A stretch of DNA of 64,000 nt from the human T2T-CHM13v2.0 reference genome, Homo sapiens, in assembly GCF_009914755.1 (NCBI RefSeq), contig NC_060943.1; one strand, 5' to 3'. The notes below the pieces were generated by a model, which ran no database searches, was not told the origin of the DNA, and saw only the letters and a program-made list of their open reading frames with translations. Made by a program: the position numbers and the translations under genes. Below, one piece after another: positions 33,239 to 46,432 of this stretch. Within the stretch, counting starts at the first letter, position 1, and the number at the start of each line of letters is the position of its first letter.

Positions 33239-34799
33239 ATCAGAGCCAGGACATCTGTGAGGCCCATGGGACCAGTCTGGCTGTGGGTGAAGTACCCAGG
33301 AGGCAGTACCCTGCTCTCCTGGCTGGATCCCCACTTTCCACACACCCGAGCCTCAGGGAACTCCACCCAGGCACGTGGGCATCCATCAGCTCGTCCATCA
33401 CATCCGCCTGTCGTCCTTCCCAGTAATGCCTGACAGCAAAGAATGAGAGCAGATTGGAGTCTTTGCAGTGACAAACGCAGGACGATTCTTCCCACAAAAG
33501 GGGCCCAGAGGCAGAGCACCAGCCTGAGCTGTGCTGCAGGAGGGCCAGGAGGGATGACTGCCTGAAGCATAAAGATCTGGAGAGGAAGGTCTGCACACCT
33601 GGAGTTTTGCTGTCCTAACGCTTCTCAGCCGGGGCCCAGAACTGTGTGCAGAAGCGATGGTCTATGGACAATTCACCTGCCCCTCGGATAGCACCACCCA
33701 CTTTGCATTCGGATGTTTGAACACAGCCTGTGTTTCCCACAGTGGTCAGGTGGAATCCTGGACTTTCAGGCCAGATGATTTGTACAACCTCCTCCTTCTA
33801 CAAAAAGAGGATGATGGGGGCCAGGACATGAACTCCATGACACAGACAGCTATGGCCAGAGCAGGGAGAATTAAGGAGCAGGAGACGCCTTGGATAGGAA
33901 GGACTAAGTGTGCTGCTACCTGGAGAGAGGAGAGCTGTGCATTCAGGCCCAGCCTTGTCAGGGAAGCCTCAAGTCTCTGTTTATTAAGGCTGGAGGGAAC
34001 CAGCCATCCTGGCTGCAGTGGTGGAGTGAAAGCAGCCGAGCCCTCTGCACTACTGAAAATTGACACAGGGTAGGGTCTCCCACACCCCTCCTCACAGGCA
34101 CGGGGCTGCAGCCCAGCTGGTGGGGTCAAGAGAAGGGAGGAGAGAGGCCTCCGGATGGTGCAGATGAGCAGGGCGGGGCTGAAAACTGCATCCATTCATG
34201 CCGCTGACTCTAAGCAAGTAGTGACGTCCCCCGGGGGTTTTGGCAGCACCAAGGATCGTGCAGGGTGCTTCCACACTTGCTCCTCTCATAACCCTGGAGG
34301 GAGCATCCCACTTTCCAGGTGAGAAGCCCAGGGTTTATGGGTGGGCTTTCCCCAGTTGCACGGGAGGCCTTAAAACAGGTGAAGACCCTAAGGACCGACG
34401 GGGAGCCAGGCGGGGGACCAAGGCGAAGCAGGGTGAGGCAGAGGTGTTACAGCATCCATGGCAGGCCAGGGGCCAGGTTATGATCACACTGGAGAGACAG
34501 GTGGGAGTGACCCAGAAGTTGCTGGGGTCATTTCTCAAAGACCCCAGCCCACTCATCTCCACCAACCTGCAATTTCTCAGCTCCACACTGCAACCCAAAG
34601 AGTGGACAGACAAGGTTGCTGTGGAAAAAAGACTTACACACAGCAACATCAGGATGCCCCAGACAGGGTGCGTGGGAGTGTGAAGCTGTGCAGTTTAGGC
34701 AGGGGCATGGAGGGGATGCCGGGATGCACAAGGGACAGAATTGTGTGGGATCGTGTAGCCTTCATGGAGGAAGAGGACAAGCAGGGCCAGAAATGATGA

Positions 34800-35153
<354 letters not shown>

Positions 35154-35391
35154 TAAAATAAGGTAATGACTTGGACATTAGAGCTGTCACTCCCCACTTC
35201 AGGCCAGGCGCTTGTGTCTGATCTCACTAGGATCCTAAAGTGTATGGTCTGTAAATTACAAACTGCAGCAACAAAATGCTTAATCATTAAACCAAGGCAG
35301 CCACTATGCACCAGCCTCCAGCTGGGTGCTAAGCGTGAGTGGCCCCAGCCTGGGGAAGCCTCACTGTTCCTGGTCTGCTGTGAGCTCCTAG

Positions 35392-35529
<138 letters not shown>

Positions 35530-35651
35530 CAGACAAGACCAACCCGAGCATCTCAGAGGCCGCACATGACCTGCCCGGGGCCCTCGGTGAGGACCATGTC
35601 GCTGGATGGACACAGAGAGACTGAGAGACGCATGAAAAAGTCCACATGGAA

Positions 35652-35661
35652 AATAAATAAA
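35652..35661 (+). terminator. Proximal overlapping poly(A) signals AATAAATAAA
   Basis: Two overlapping AATAAA hexamers about 120 nt after the stop. Confidence 0.5.
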
Positions 35662-36055
35662 TCATATTTTTGGGAAAGTTACACAAATGTAGAACACCTA
35701 AAATAATGCATCTAGTTTCCAAATAATTTGGAGTTTGGCCCATGCAGTCTGCATGGGAATCAATGATTTCTCTACTTCAATGTAGTTTTCTTTTCTACAC
35801 TTTCCCTCCAAGTCTTCATTTTGCACGAACTGTTGAGCAGTTATCTTTAGGATAATATGTACAAATGTTGGGGTCAAAGCCTTTTGACAAAGCAAAATAT
35901 TTTTAGTAGATTATTGTGTTTAGGATTTTTTTTTAATTTACTTTTTTTCTTTGGGGGCTTTTCTTTTTTATTAAATTATTTCTTTTGAGGCATTTTGATT
36001 AAAAAAGACACATCTTATCATAATTAAAATTCACTGTCAATAATATTTATTTTTA

Positions 36056-36129
36056 AATAAAGATTGGAAACAAGGTCAGACACTTGTTTATAAACTGTAT
36101 TGTATATTGCTGAAGAACAGTTGAATAAA
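36056..36129 (+). terminator. Distal poly(A) signals (AATAAA at 36056 and 36124)
   Basis: Canonical hexamers at the end of the AT-rich UTR, after which composition returns to GC-rich. Confidence 0.6.
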
Positions 36130-36779
36130 AAACAACTTTGAAATAACCTTTCTACAGCCATGGATGAATGTCAAGCGTTGGTGCCCACTGCAGCCTGGCT
36201 GCCTGCCGTTCCCTCCTGTGCTCTGACACCAGCTGCACTTTTGGCTGGGTGTCACCCGGCGTGGAGGACAGCCCAGGGCACCTGGCTAAGACCACGCTGA
36301 GCAGATGGGAGCACCTGACAAGCCTCCCCTAGGGACAGGGCACTTCATGGAGGCGGCAGTGAGACGATCCCCCAGCCTGGGTCCTGAAGGAAAGGAGATC
36401 GCTAGGAGGAGGTGTGAAATAAGTCAAGAACCACTCCTCCCCCACTTCGTTTCAATGAATCATGCAATTCATTCGCCCACTTGGAGATTGTAAGTCAAGG
36501 TGTATTTACTGTGGTTAGCTTTGCTGCTAGTTTGAAGGGGGAATTTGGAGAGAAAGTAGGGCTTGCCACACTCCTTCCCGTGCATCTGAAGATTGCTTTG
36601 AGCCTCTGAAACTCATAGATTTGGGGCAGGTTACACATGCCCTAAGGAAACGGGCATGCCCTGGGTGGGGGCTACTATTTATACTTCATTCTAAGACAGC
36701 ATCTCATTAGATAGCTGGAGCCCATGGATTTGTTTAAAACCCAGCCAGATTTTAACACCTGCAGTTTCAATAAGTGTGG

Positions 36780-37160
36780 TTGTCATTGATGTTGTTCACC
36801 AAATACTTCCGTTCTCCGCTGGCCAGGCCCAGGGCAGGATAACGCTTCCTGGCCTCCTGTGGCGGGTGGGGCCACAGCTCTGGCGCATGAGCTGGGAATA
36901 GAAGGGATCCGCATTGCTTCTAGTCCAAGACACAGGATTGCTAGTGCGACGCCCTCCAAAGCACTTGTCCTCTAACGTGACGACTCGCAGCGTTCACATC
37001 AGCAAGTGTTCTTCCAGCCTAGGTCGCTGAGTGACTGCGATGAACACAGCCTTTCCTGTGGCCAGCGCTGGATCCTGCGGCCCCATGAGAAGTCTGCCAT
37101 TGCCGCTTCACCCACTCATCTTCGGGCATTATCGCAGCATAAGCCAGCCTGTCCTGATTG
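36780..37160. mobile_element. Probable ancient MLT1-type LTR
   Basis: ttgttcaccaaata...ccagcctaggtcgctgagtgactgcgatga...cgcagcataagccagcctgtcctga resembles old MaLR LTRs. Confidence 0.4.
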
Positions 37161-37660
37161 GCTCAGTGTGTAGTTGATTGACTGTATTTAGCTCAGGGGA
37201 GGAGTAATTGTGCATTTGGACAGTCCCACGTGTACAGAGACCCCCAGGATGGAGCTGATGTCAGGGGAGGCCTGTGTGGAGAGAACGTCGGGACGGCTGT
37301 TTCTGATGGGTACATTAACTTGTTTCACATTTCCTTTATATTGATCAGCACCAATTGAGCTGTAAGTTTAATCACTCTGTCTGGTGGATAGTGATTCTGT
37401 CCAGAAGGATCATCTCTTTTTATAGTTAACTCAATACTGCAGCAGCTAATGTCATGTGAAATACTGGCCCAGTGTGCTGGAGAGCAAACCGTACTTCCCA
37501 GATACCAGTGGAACGGGGACAATGTGTCAGTAAGGGTGACGTTGTACCAGATCGTTCCAGGGGATGGAGGGCTGGGGAGTCATTCCCCATCACCAAAACC
37601 AGATGCCTCTGTACAAACACAGGTAGTCAGGTCCCAGCCTGGAAGCTCCCAACCTTTAGC

Positions 37661-39352
37661 GTGATATGCACAGGGGAGGGGCAAGTGTGATGGGCACAGT
37701 GGAGGGGGCAGGTGTGATGGGCACAGGGGAGGGGGCAGGTGTGATGGGCACAGGGGAGGGGCAGGTGTGATGGGTACAGGGGAGGGGCAGGTTTGATGGG
37801 CACAGGGGAGGGGGCAGGTGTGATGGGCACAGGGGAGGGGGCAGGTGTGATGGGCACAGGGGAGGGGGCAGGTGTGATGGGTACAGGGGAGGGGACAGGT
37901 GTGATGGGTACAGGGGAGGGGCAGGTTTGATAGGCACAGTGGAGGGGGCAAGTGTGATGGGCACAGGGGAGGGGGCAGGTGTGATGGGCACAGGGGAGGG
38001 GCTGATGTGATAGGCACAGTGGAGAAGCTGGTGTGATGGGCACGGGAGGGGCTGGTGTGATGGGCACAGGGGAGTGGGCAAGTGTGATGGGCACAGGGGA
38101 GGGGCTGGTGTGAGGAGCATAAAGGAGGGGCAGGTGTGATAGGCATAGGGGAGGGGCTGGTGTAATGGGCACAGGGGAGGAACTGCTGTGATAGGCACAG
38201 GGGAATGGGCAGGTGAGATAGGTAGAGGGGAGGGGCAGGTGTGATGCCTACAGCAGAGGGGACAGGTGTGATGGGCACTGAGGAGGGGCTGGTGTAATGG
38301 GCACAGGGAAGGGACTGCTATGATGGGCACAGGAGAGGGGCAGGTGTGATAGGCACGGGGAGGAGCCGGTGTGATGGGCACAGGGGAGGGAAGGGGCTGG
38401 TGTGATAGGCACAGGGGAGAAGCTGGTGTGATGGGCACAGGGGAGGGGCTGGTGTGATGAGCACAGAGGAGAAGTGGTGTGATGGGCACAAGGGAGGGGC
38501 TGGTGTGATGGGCACAGGGGAGGTGCTGGTGTGATGGACACAGAGAGGGGCTGGTGTGATGGGTACAGGGGAGGGGGCAGGTGTAATGGCTACAGGGGAA
38601 GGGCAGGTGTAATCGGCACAGAAGAGAAGCTGGTGTGATGGGCACAGAGGAGGGGCTGGTGTGATGGGCACAGGGGAGGGACTGCTGTGATGGGCACAGG
38701 GGAGGGTCAGGTGTGATGGGCATAGGGGAGGGGCTGGTGTGACAGGCACAGGGAAGGGGGTCATGTGTGATGGCATGGGGAAGGGGACAGGTGTGATAGG
38801 TACAGGGGAGGGGCTGGTGTAATGGGCACAGGGGAGGAACTGCTGTGATAGGCACAGGGGAGTGGGCAGGTGAGATGGGTACAGGGGAGGGGCAGGTGTG
38901 ATGGCTACAGTGGAGGGGACAGGTGTGATGGGCACAGGGGAGGGGCTGGTGTGATGGACACAGGGTAGGGGCTGGTGTGATGGGTACAGGGGAGGGGGCA
39001 GGTGTAATGGCTACAGGGGAGGGGCAGGTGTAATGGGCACAGAGGAGAAGCTGGTGTGATGGGCACAGGGGAGGTGCTGGTGTGATGGGCACAGGGGAGG
39101 GGCAGATGTGATGGGCACAGGAGAGGGGCAGGTGTGATGGGCATAGGGGAAGGGCTGGTGTGATGGGCACAGGGGAGGGACTTCTGTGATAGGCACAGGG
39201 GAGAAGCTGGTGTGATGGGCACAGGGGAGGGGCTGGTGTGATGGGCACAGGGGAGGGGCTGATGTCATGGTCACAGAGGAAGGAGCAGTTGTGATGGGCA
39301 CAGGGGCGTGGCCTTGTGTGATGGGCACAGGGGAGGGGCTGGTGTGATGGGC
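37661..39352. repeat. G-rich minisatellite/VNTR, 26-27-bp unit (ggtgtgatgggcacaggggagggg[g]c[a/t]), about 60-65 copies
   Basis: Unit starts at 37687, 37714, 37741, 37767 and so on over about 1.7 kb. Confidence 0.97.
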
Positions 39353-40517
39353 CCTGGTGAGAGGAACAGGTGTGCTTTGGAGAAACCAGCTTTTTCTGCA
39401 CAAAGAGGATTCCCCTCAAACACAGAAAATTATTCCTAATATCTGCCTCCTGGGGACAGAGAACTTCCAGGTGGGAAGCCGAGCATGAGGCTAAGCATGT
39501 TCCCTGAAGGGGAGGCTGAACCCGGCCTCCAGCAGAAGTTAATGGAACTGAGACTGGGGCTGTCGTGGGGCTGGAAGCCAAGGCAAATCTCTGGACCCAG
39601 GCTTCCATGGAGTGGCTACCAGCATTCCCACTGGTCCAGGGCCCCGGACACAAAGAAAGGAGAAGTTAAGTGCACCCCTAAGTATCCGCAGTGCCGATCC
39701 ATGGGGTCTGGGCTCCTGTTTTCTGGGGTCTCACGCACTCCGAGAATGAGGACAAAGAACACTTAGCCTGCACTGTGTTTTATGGAATGCATACAAACCA
39801 GAAGAGAGAAGCGCCCTCCAGAAACAAAAACCGTGGCGTGGTGCTCACTCCCAAAACTGCCTTTCCCTTTGGAGTTTGCTTTCAGCCTCGGCAGACATGG
39901 GCTGGGGTTGGAGAGCAAGACAATTTATTTCAGTTTGGGAAGAATGCACTGTGGGCGGCCTCGGGAGCTCGGGTGCAGGCTGACAGGACCCCCGCCTGCT
40001 TGAAGGGACTGTGGAGCTGTGGGTCTGTGTAGCAACTAAATCCAAAGTGAGGGACAGGAGTCCAGAGGGAGTGCAAACTCCACCCCAGCCCAGAGCTGAG
40101 TGACAGCAGGGAAGAGAAGGAGGGCAGCCAGGGTAGGGGCACGTGGAGACCGAGCCAAGCCCAGACCCCTGTGGAGGAGCCCTGCTCTGCCTGGTGATGA
40201 GGATTGTCCCTGATTCTAGCCCCTCATGTGGTGCTGACCCACCTGCGCCCTCCAGGCAGCGGCCAACATTTAGGGGCATAGCCTGGAAGGAAGGACAGGA
40301 ATTCCCAGAATTTGACAGGAGGTGGTATGAGCAGAGCTGCAGCATTCTGAGTTTCAGTTCTGTTTCAACCCCACACTCCTGGTTACAGCTCTGGCTCAGA
40401 AAACAACAGCTCTGTCGGATCCAAGCCTGCCGTTGGTTGGAATACAGCAAACAGCCATTTGTGAGCTGCTGAGCTCCTGGCTAAAGGGACTTCTGCCCCT
40501 GCCAGCCAGGGGAACAG

Positions 40518-40826
40518 TTTTTTTGTTTTGTTTTTTTTTTTTTTTGAGATGGAGTCTCACTCTGTCGCCCAGGTTGGAGTACAGTGGCGTGATCTCGGCT
40601 CACTGCAACCTCTGCCTCTGGGTTCAAGCAATTCTCTTGCCTTGGCCTCCCAAATAACTGGGACTACAGGCACCCGCCAACACACCCGGCTAAATTTTTT
40701 TGTATTTTTAGTAGAGACAGTGTTTCACCATGTTGGCCAGGCTGGTCTCAAACTCCTGACCTCACGTAATCTACCCACCTCGGCCTCCCAGAGTTGGGAT
40801 TACAGGTGTGAGGCACTGCACCCGGC
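40518..40826 (-). mobile_element. AluS element
   Basis: Poly-T then reverse-complement Alu body. Confidence 0.93.
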
Positions 40827-41578
40827 GAGTTCTTGCCTATTTTTGCACTGCTTCTTCCAGTGGGCCCATCCCCACTTTGGGTGACACTGGGCATTCATTT
40901 TGCCTGCATTTCAGAGGATGCAACTCCTGCTTTTCCTGGGGGACAGGTGGCCAGAGGCTTTGATGCATTTGCCCCTATATGCATGCACACACCTGTATGT
41001 AGCAGCCTGCTGCTTTAGAACACCATTTCTTTCCTTCTCACTAAGGCTGCAGCAGCAGGAGTGGTGCAGCACTGGTGAAACCTCAGCCAACTGGGCGCCC
41101 GGTCTCCCCAGAATGGAGCTGCTGCCCCTCAGGGCTCCCTGCCTTCATCAGCCAAGAAGAGCCTGCACACCCTACCACAGCATAAATACACCTTTTACCT
41201 CATGCCAGGGGCCCTAGAAACACATGGAAAACCCACGACCTTTATGAGGGACCTGCCCCACTTTGTGGCTGCAGACACAACATGAGGTAGAGTCTGGAAA
41301 CACCACCAGGGGTGACCCCTTTTAAATGACAAAGACCCAAGGAGCACCAAAAATATATTTCAAGTCACAGAAAACATGACTTCACACCAAGCCTAACTTG
41401 CCACCAACTAGCAAAGACCCAACAAAGATCACATGTGTTCCCTGTACCTGATTGTTTAAAAGGGAGAAATGGTAAGTGGACTCTTAGTAGAAAGCATATA
41501 TGGTCTCGTTTAGATTTTGAAGTTAGAAAAGATTTTTTAAATGAGACTGAAAAAGCGGTAATTATAAAAGAAAATATG

Positions 41579-41911
<333 letters not shown>

Positions 41912-42046
41912 TTATAACAAAGAGCACTCGTTTACCAAAAACCATCACAAAGAAAGTGAAAAGAGACTTACAAAATACACCCAAGAAAGGATTACTATCA
42001 AACATGTACAAAGAATTCCTAGAAATCAATAAGAAAAGCAAAAACA

Positions 42047-42441
<395 letters not shown>

Positions 42442-42513
42442 TTACAAGAGAAATGCAAATCAAGGCCACAGTGATTATGCCCACTTAATTATCAAAAATT
42501 TAAGTCTGACAAA

Positions 42514-43245
42514 GGCCGGGTGCCGTGGTTCATGCCTGTAATCTCAGCACTGTGGGAGACCAAGGCAGGAGGGTCACGTGAAGCCAGGAGTTCCAGACCC
42601 TGTATTAGCATGACAGCAAGACCTCATCTGTGTTAGTCCATTGTTACTGCATTGCTGTAAAGAAATACCTGAGTCTGGGTAAATTATAAAGCAAAGAGGT
42701 TTATTTGGCTCATGGTTCTGCAAGCTTTACAGGAAGCATGATTCTGGCATCTGCTTGGCTTCTGGTGAGGTCTCAGAAAGATTTCACTTGTGGTGGAAGG
42801 TGAAGTGAGAGCCAGGGAGGGGAGAGCCGTGAGGAGAGAGACGAGGAGGGGATGGGTGCCACACTCTTAAAACAACCAGATCTCAAGTGAACTAACTGAA
42901 GGAGAGCTCACTCAACACCAAAGGGATGGCATGAAATCATTCATGAGGGATCCGCCCCATGACCCAAACACCTCCCACCGGGCCCCAACTCCAACACTGG
43001 GGATCACATTTCAACATGAGATTTGGAGGGGACCAACATCCAAACCATATTACCGTCTTTGCAAAAAAAAATTAAAGATAGCCATGCATGATGGCAAGCC
43101 TGTAGTACCAGCTACTCAGGAAGGTGAGACAGGAGGATCGCTTGAGCCCAGGAGTTCAAGGTAGCAGTGAGCTGTAGTCACGCCACTGCACTCCAGCCTG
43201 AGTTACAGAGTTGGACCGTATCTCTAAAAAACTAAAAATAAATAA
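42514..43245 (+). mobile_element. AluJ interrupted by an MST LTR
   Basis: Left arm 42514-42628; linker and right arm 43053-43245. Confidence 0.85.
42629..43052 (-). mobile_element. MST-family MaLR solo LTR
   Basis: tgtgttagtcc...acatccaaaccatatta; degenerate TSD tcatc / ccgtc. Confidence 0.88.
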
Positions 43246-43639
43246 GATTCTGACATACCAAGTGTTAGAGAAGTTGTCCATCTCCAAGATCACCTAAGCA
43301 TTGACTGTGGGTGACTGTGGGAGTGTAAATCGATACAACCTCACTGGAAAACACTTTGGCACTAACTGTTAAAAGTGAACATTCACATACTGCGACCCAG
43401 AGATTCCAATCCTTAGTAGCAAAATCTCTTTCTCTTGTGCTCTGGGGAACATTAAAAAAAAAAAAACCTTCAAGGCAGCCCCATTCAATACCCTGGAAAC
43501 AGATGAGTTCCCATCTATAGGAGAGATGATGCAGATGCTGTAGACAGTTCTCACAATGATATGAACACGACACCAGCTACTCCATCAAGGGTCAACGTGA
43601 ATGAACTGCAAGGAACATGCAACAAAACACTGAGTCTTA

Positions 43640-43965
<326 letters not shown>

Positions 43966-44274
43966 GCCCTGAAGATGACATACAGTATAATACCTTTGTC
44001 ATAAAGTTAAATCCAAACTAAAACCAACAGATAGAGGGAGGATGGATGGATGGATGGACAGATAGACTTCTTAAGAAAACACGTAGCTAAGATAAAACTG
44101 TCTTCAAAGGAAAGCAATGGAAAGGTGAAGATGGATACAGGATCGTGGTTACCTTGGTATGGGGAAGCAGAGGTATAAGGAGCCCACAAGTGGATGAAGG
44201 TCGTCATCAAACTCTTAGTTTTCAAACTGAGTGATGGGTTAGGGTACATCTCGTGTTATCAAAAATGAATGAAT

Positions 44275-44566
<292 letters not shown>

Positions 44567-44816
44567 GGGGAGAGGGGAGAGGAAAAAATGATACAGTCCT
44601 ATCCAGGACTTATATTAAAACAAAAACAAAGTACCAACTTTTCTTTTCCACAGTCCCCAAGACAAATTCACATCTAACTCCATCTCCCACCCAGAGGTTG
44701 CAAACTAGCACTTCTCAAGCTGCATCTGGCTGCAGACATGCTATGTTTGACGTTCACAGGGATGTTTCTTGTTATTTTACAATATCGGAAAGTCTCATGT
44801 AAACATCCAAATTTCT

Positions 44817-45135
44817 CCTGTCCTCTGCAGCAACATGGATGGAGCTAGGGACCATTATTCTAAGTGAACTAATTCAGAAACAGAAAATCAAATACCACAT
44901 GTTCTCACTGATTAGAGAGCTAAACAGTGGGTACATACATAACGACATGATGAGAATGACAGACACTAGGGACTCCAAAAGCCAGGAGAATGGGAGGGAA
45001 GTGAGGGTTGAAAAATTACCTATCAGGTAGAGTGTTCACTGTTCGGGAGGTGGGTTTGCTAGAAGCTCAATCCCAACCATTACACTATATGCCTATGTAA
45101 CAAACACACACATATACTTAAAATTTGTTTTAAAA
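44817..45135 (+). mobile_element. 5'-truncated L1 3' end (L1PB/L1MA-like)
   Basis: gcaacatggatggagctaggg...aaataccacatgttctcact; flanking repeat ccaaatttct on both sides. Confidence 0.8.
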
Positions 45136-46381
45136 ACCCAAATTTCTGGCTTCTCCTGAAAAAAATATAATATGCAGCCACACGGGGCCCATATTCCTAT
45201 GTGGTGACAACTGGTGGGTGCCAAGTAACAGCTGCCCCCATGATACTCCAGGAGGTCCTTCCCTGGCTCTACTCTGCCTTCACCCTCTGCAGCCTCGGCC
45301 AGCTGTGGTCACTGTACCGGCCTCACGGGGCCAGAAAACATTGCCGCCATTCAGAGTGTTTCTCAAAGAGAGCTGAAGCAAAAGAAGTTTTAGGGTTAAC
45401 CAGAATCCCATTCCTGAAGCGGTAATTGATGTTTTCGAATAACATGTATCCAGTTTTTTATTTAAGAACACCACAAAGAAGTTAAATTAGATTGCAGATA
45501 ACCTGCGCTTTCTTTTTCTGTGCAAGATTTTTCTGTGCTTTTTTATTTTGGTAAATTATAGTATACAAAATGTTCTGGTTTTGCTTTGAAAGAAGGTCTG
45601 CTGTGTGTCTAAAACACAATCTACTAACATACTCTTATCTGCATAACCGATTAACTCCCTGTTTGTGACCAGACATCTTTCTACTCCCTAAATACCAAAA
45701 GACGTGGCCATTATTGTTTAAGCCTCCTTCACGGACTCATTTCTAAGCCCTTTGATGGTAAAATTTTGCTCCCCGCCCCTGCACCTCCACCTGCCATGGT
45801 TTCTCCAAACTGTGCCCTAATGAATTGGTGCTTTTAACTAAGACAGACCACGGTCACTTTTCAAAACGTTAATTCCCATAAAATGGGATGTCAGTTTTAC
45901 AAGGAAGGCTCTCCTTTATCAGCAAAAACTGATTCCATTTGACTGATTAATTGTCCTTAGAACTGTCAAAGGCTTCCAGACTAGGGAAGACGGCTTGGGA
46001 GGAGGCAGACATGCAGCCTTGCGATGTGGGGCACTCCTGGGCTGGGGAAAACAGGAGATTACAAATGCACAAATAATTAATTCAAATCAATACAGCGAGG
46101 GGTTCAGGCTGAGAGACATTCAATTAAGTTGCTCAAAGAGAAGATGCTGATCTTCAGCTAGTCCTCTCCATGCTGCAAATAATAGAGCATTTTTAATTTG
46201 TGCAGCAGGGATGTTAATCTTTTGCCATGTAATCCAGTCCTTGGGGAATGCCATAAATATGTGGCACTGCGCATGTGAGGCTCCCTGAGGAGGGCACTCA
46301 ATCAACCCAGCCCTGGCTTTCCTGCCTGTCTGTATGTCAATCTCTCAACACTCAATTAGGAAATATATGATAGGCTAATAG

Positions 46382-46432
46382 AGGATGGATGGATGGATGG
46401 ATGGATAGATGGACGGATGGATGGATAAATGG
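46382..46432. repeat. (TGGA)n simple repeat
   Basis: Read directly. Confidence 0.85.

Larger units (their letters stand above)
35530..36150 (+). other. VSTM2B: VSTM2B 3'UTR (AU/U-rich); 3' end approximate
   Basis: Follows the stop codon; AT-rich, repeat-free, with AATAAA at 35652, 35656, 36056 and 36124. Confidence 0.75.

Noticed and set aside
37661-39352. CRISPR-like array or PRDM9 13-mer hotspot array
   Set aside because: Units are contiguous with no unique spacers and the DNA is human. I could not fit the consensus unit to CCNCCNTNNCCNC on either strand.
37580-39653. Long minus-strand ORFs (up to 665 aa, PITPAPPLCPSH repeats)
   Set aside because: They are translations of the stop-poor C-rich strand of the VNTR, open in several frames, with no splice or promoter context.
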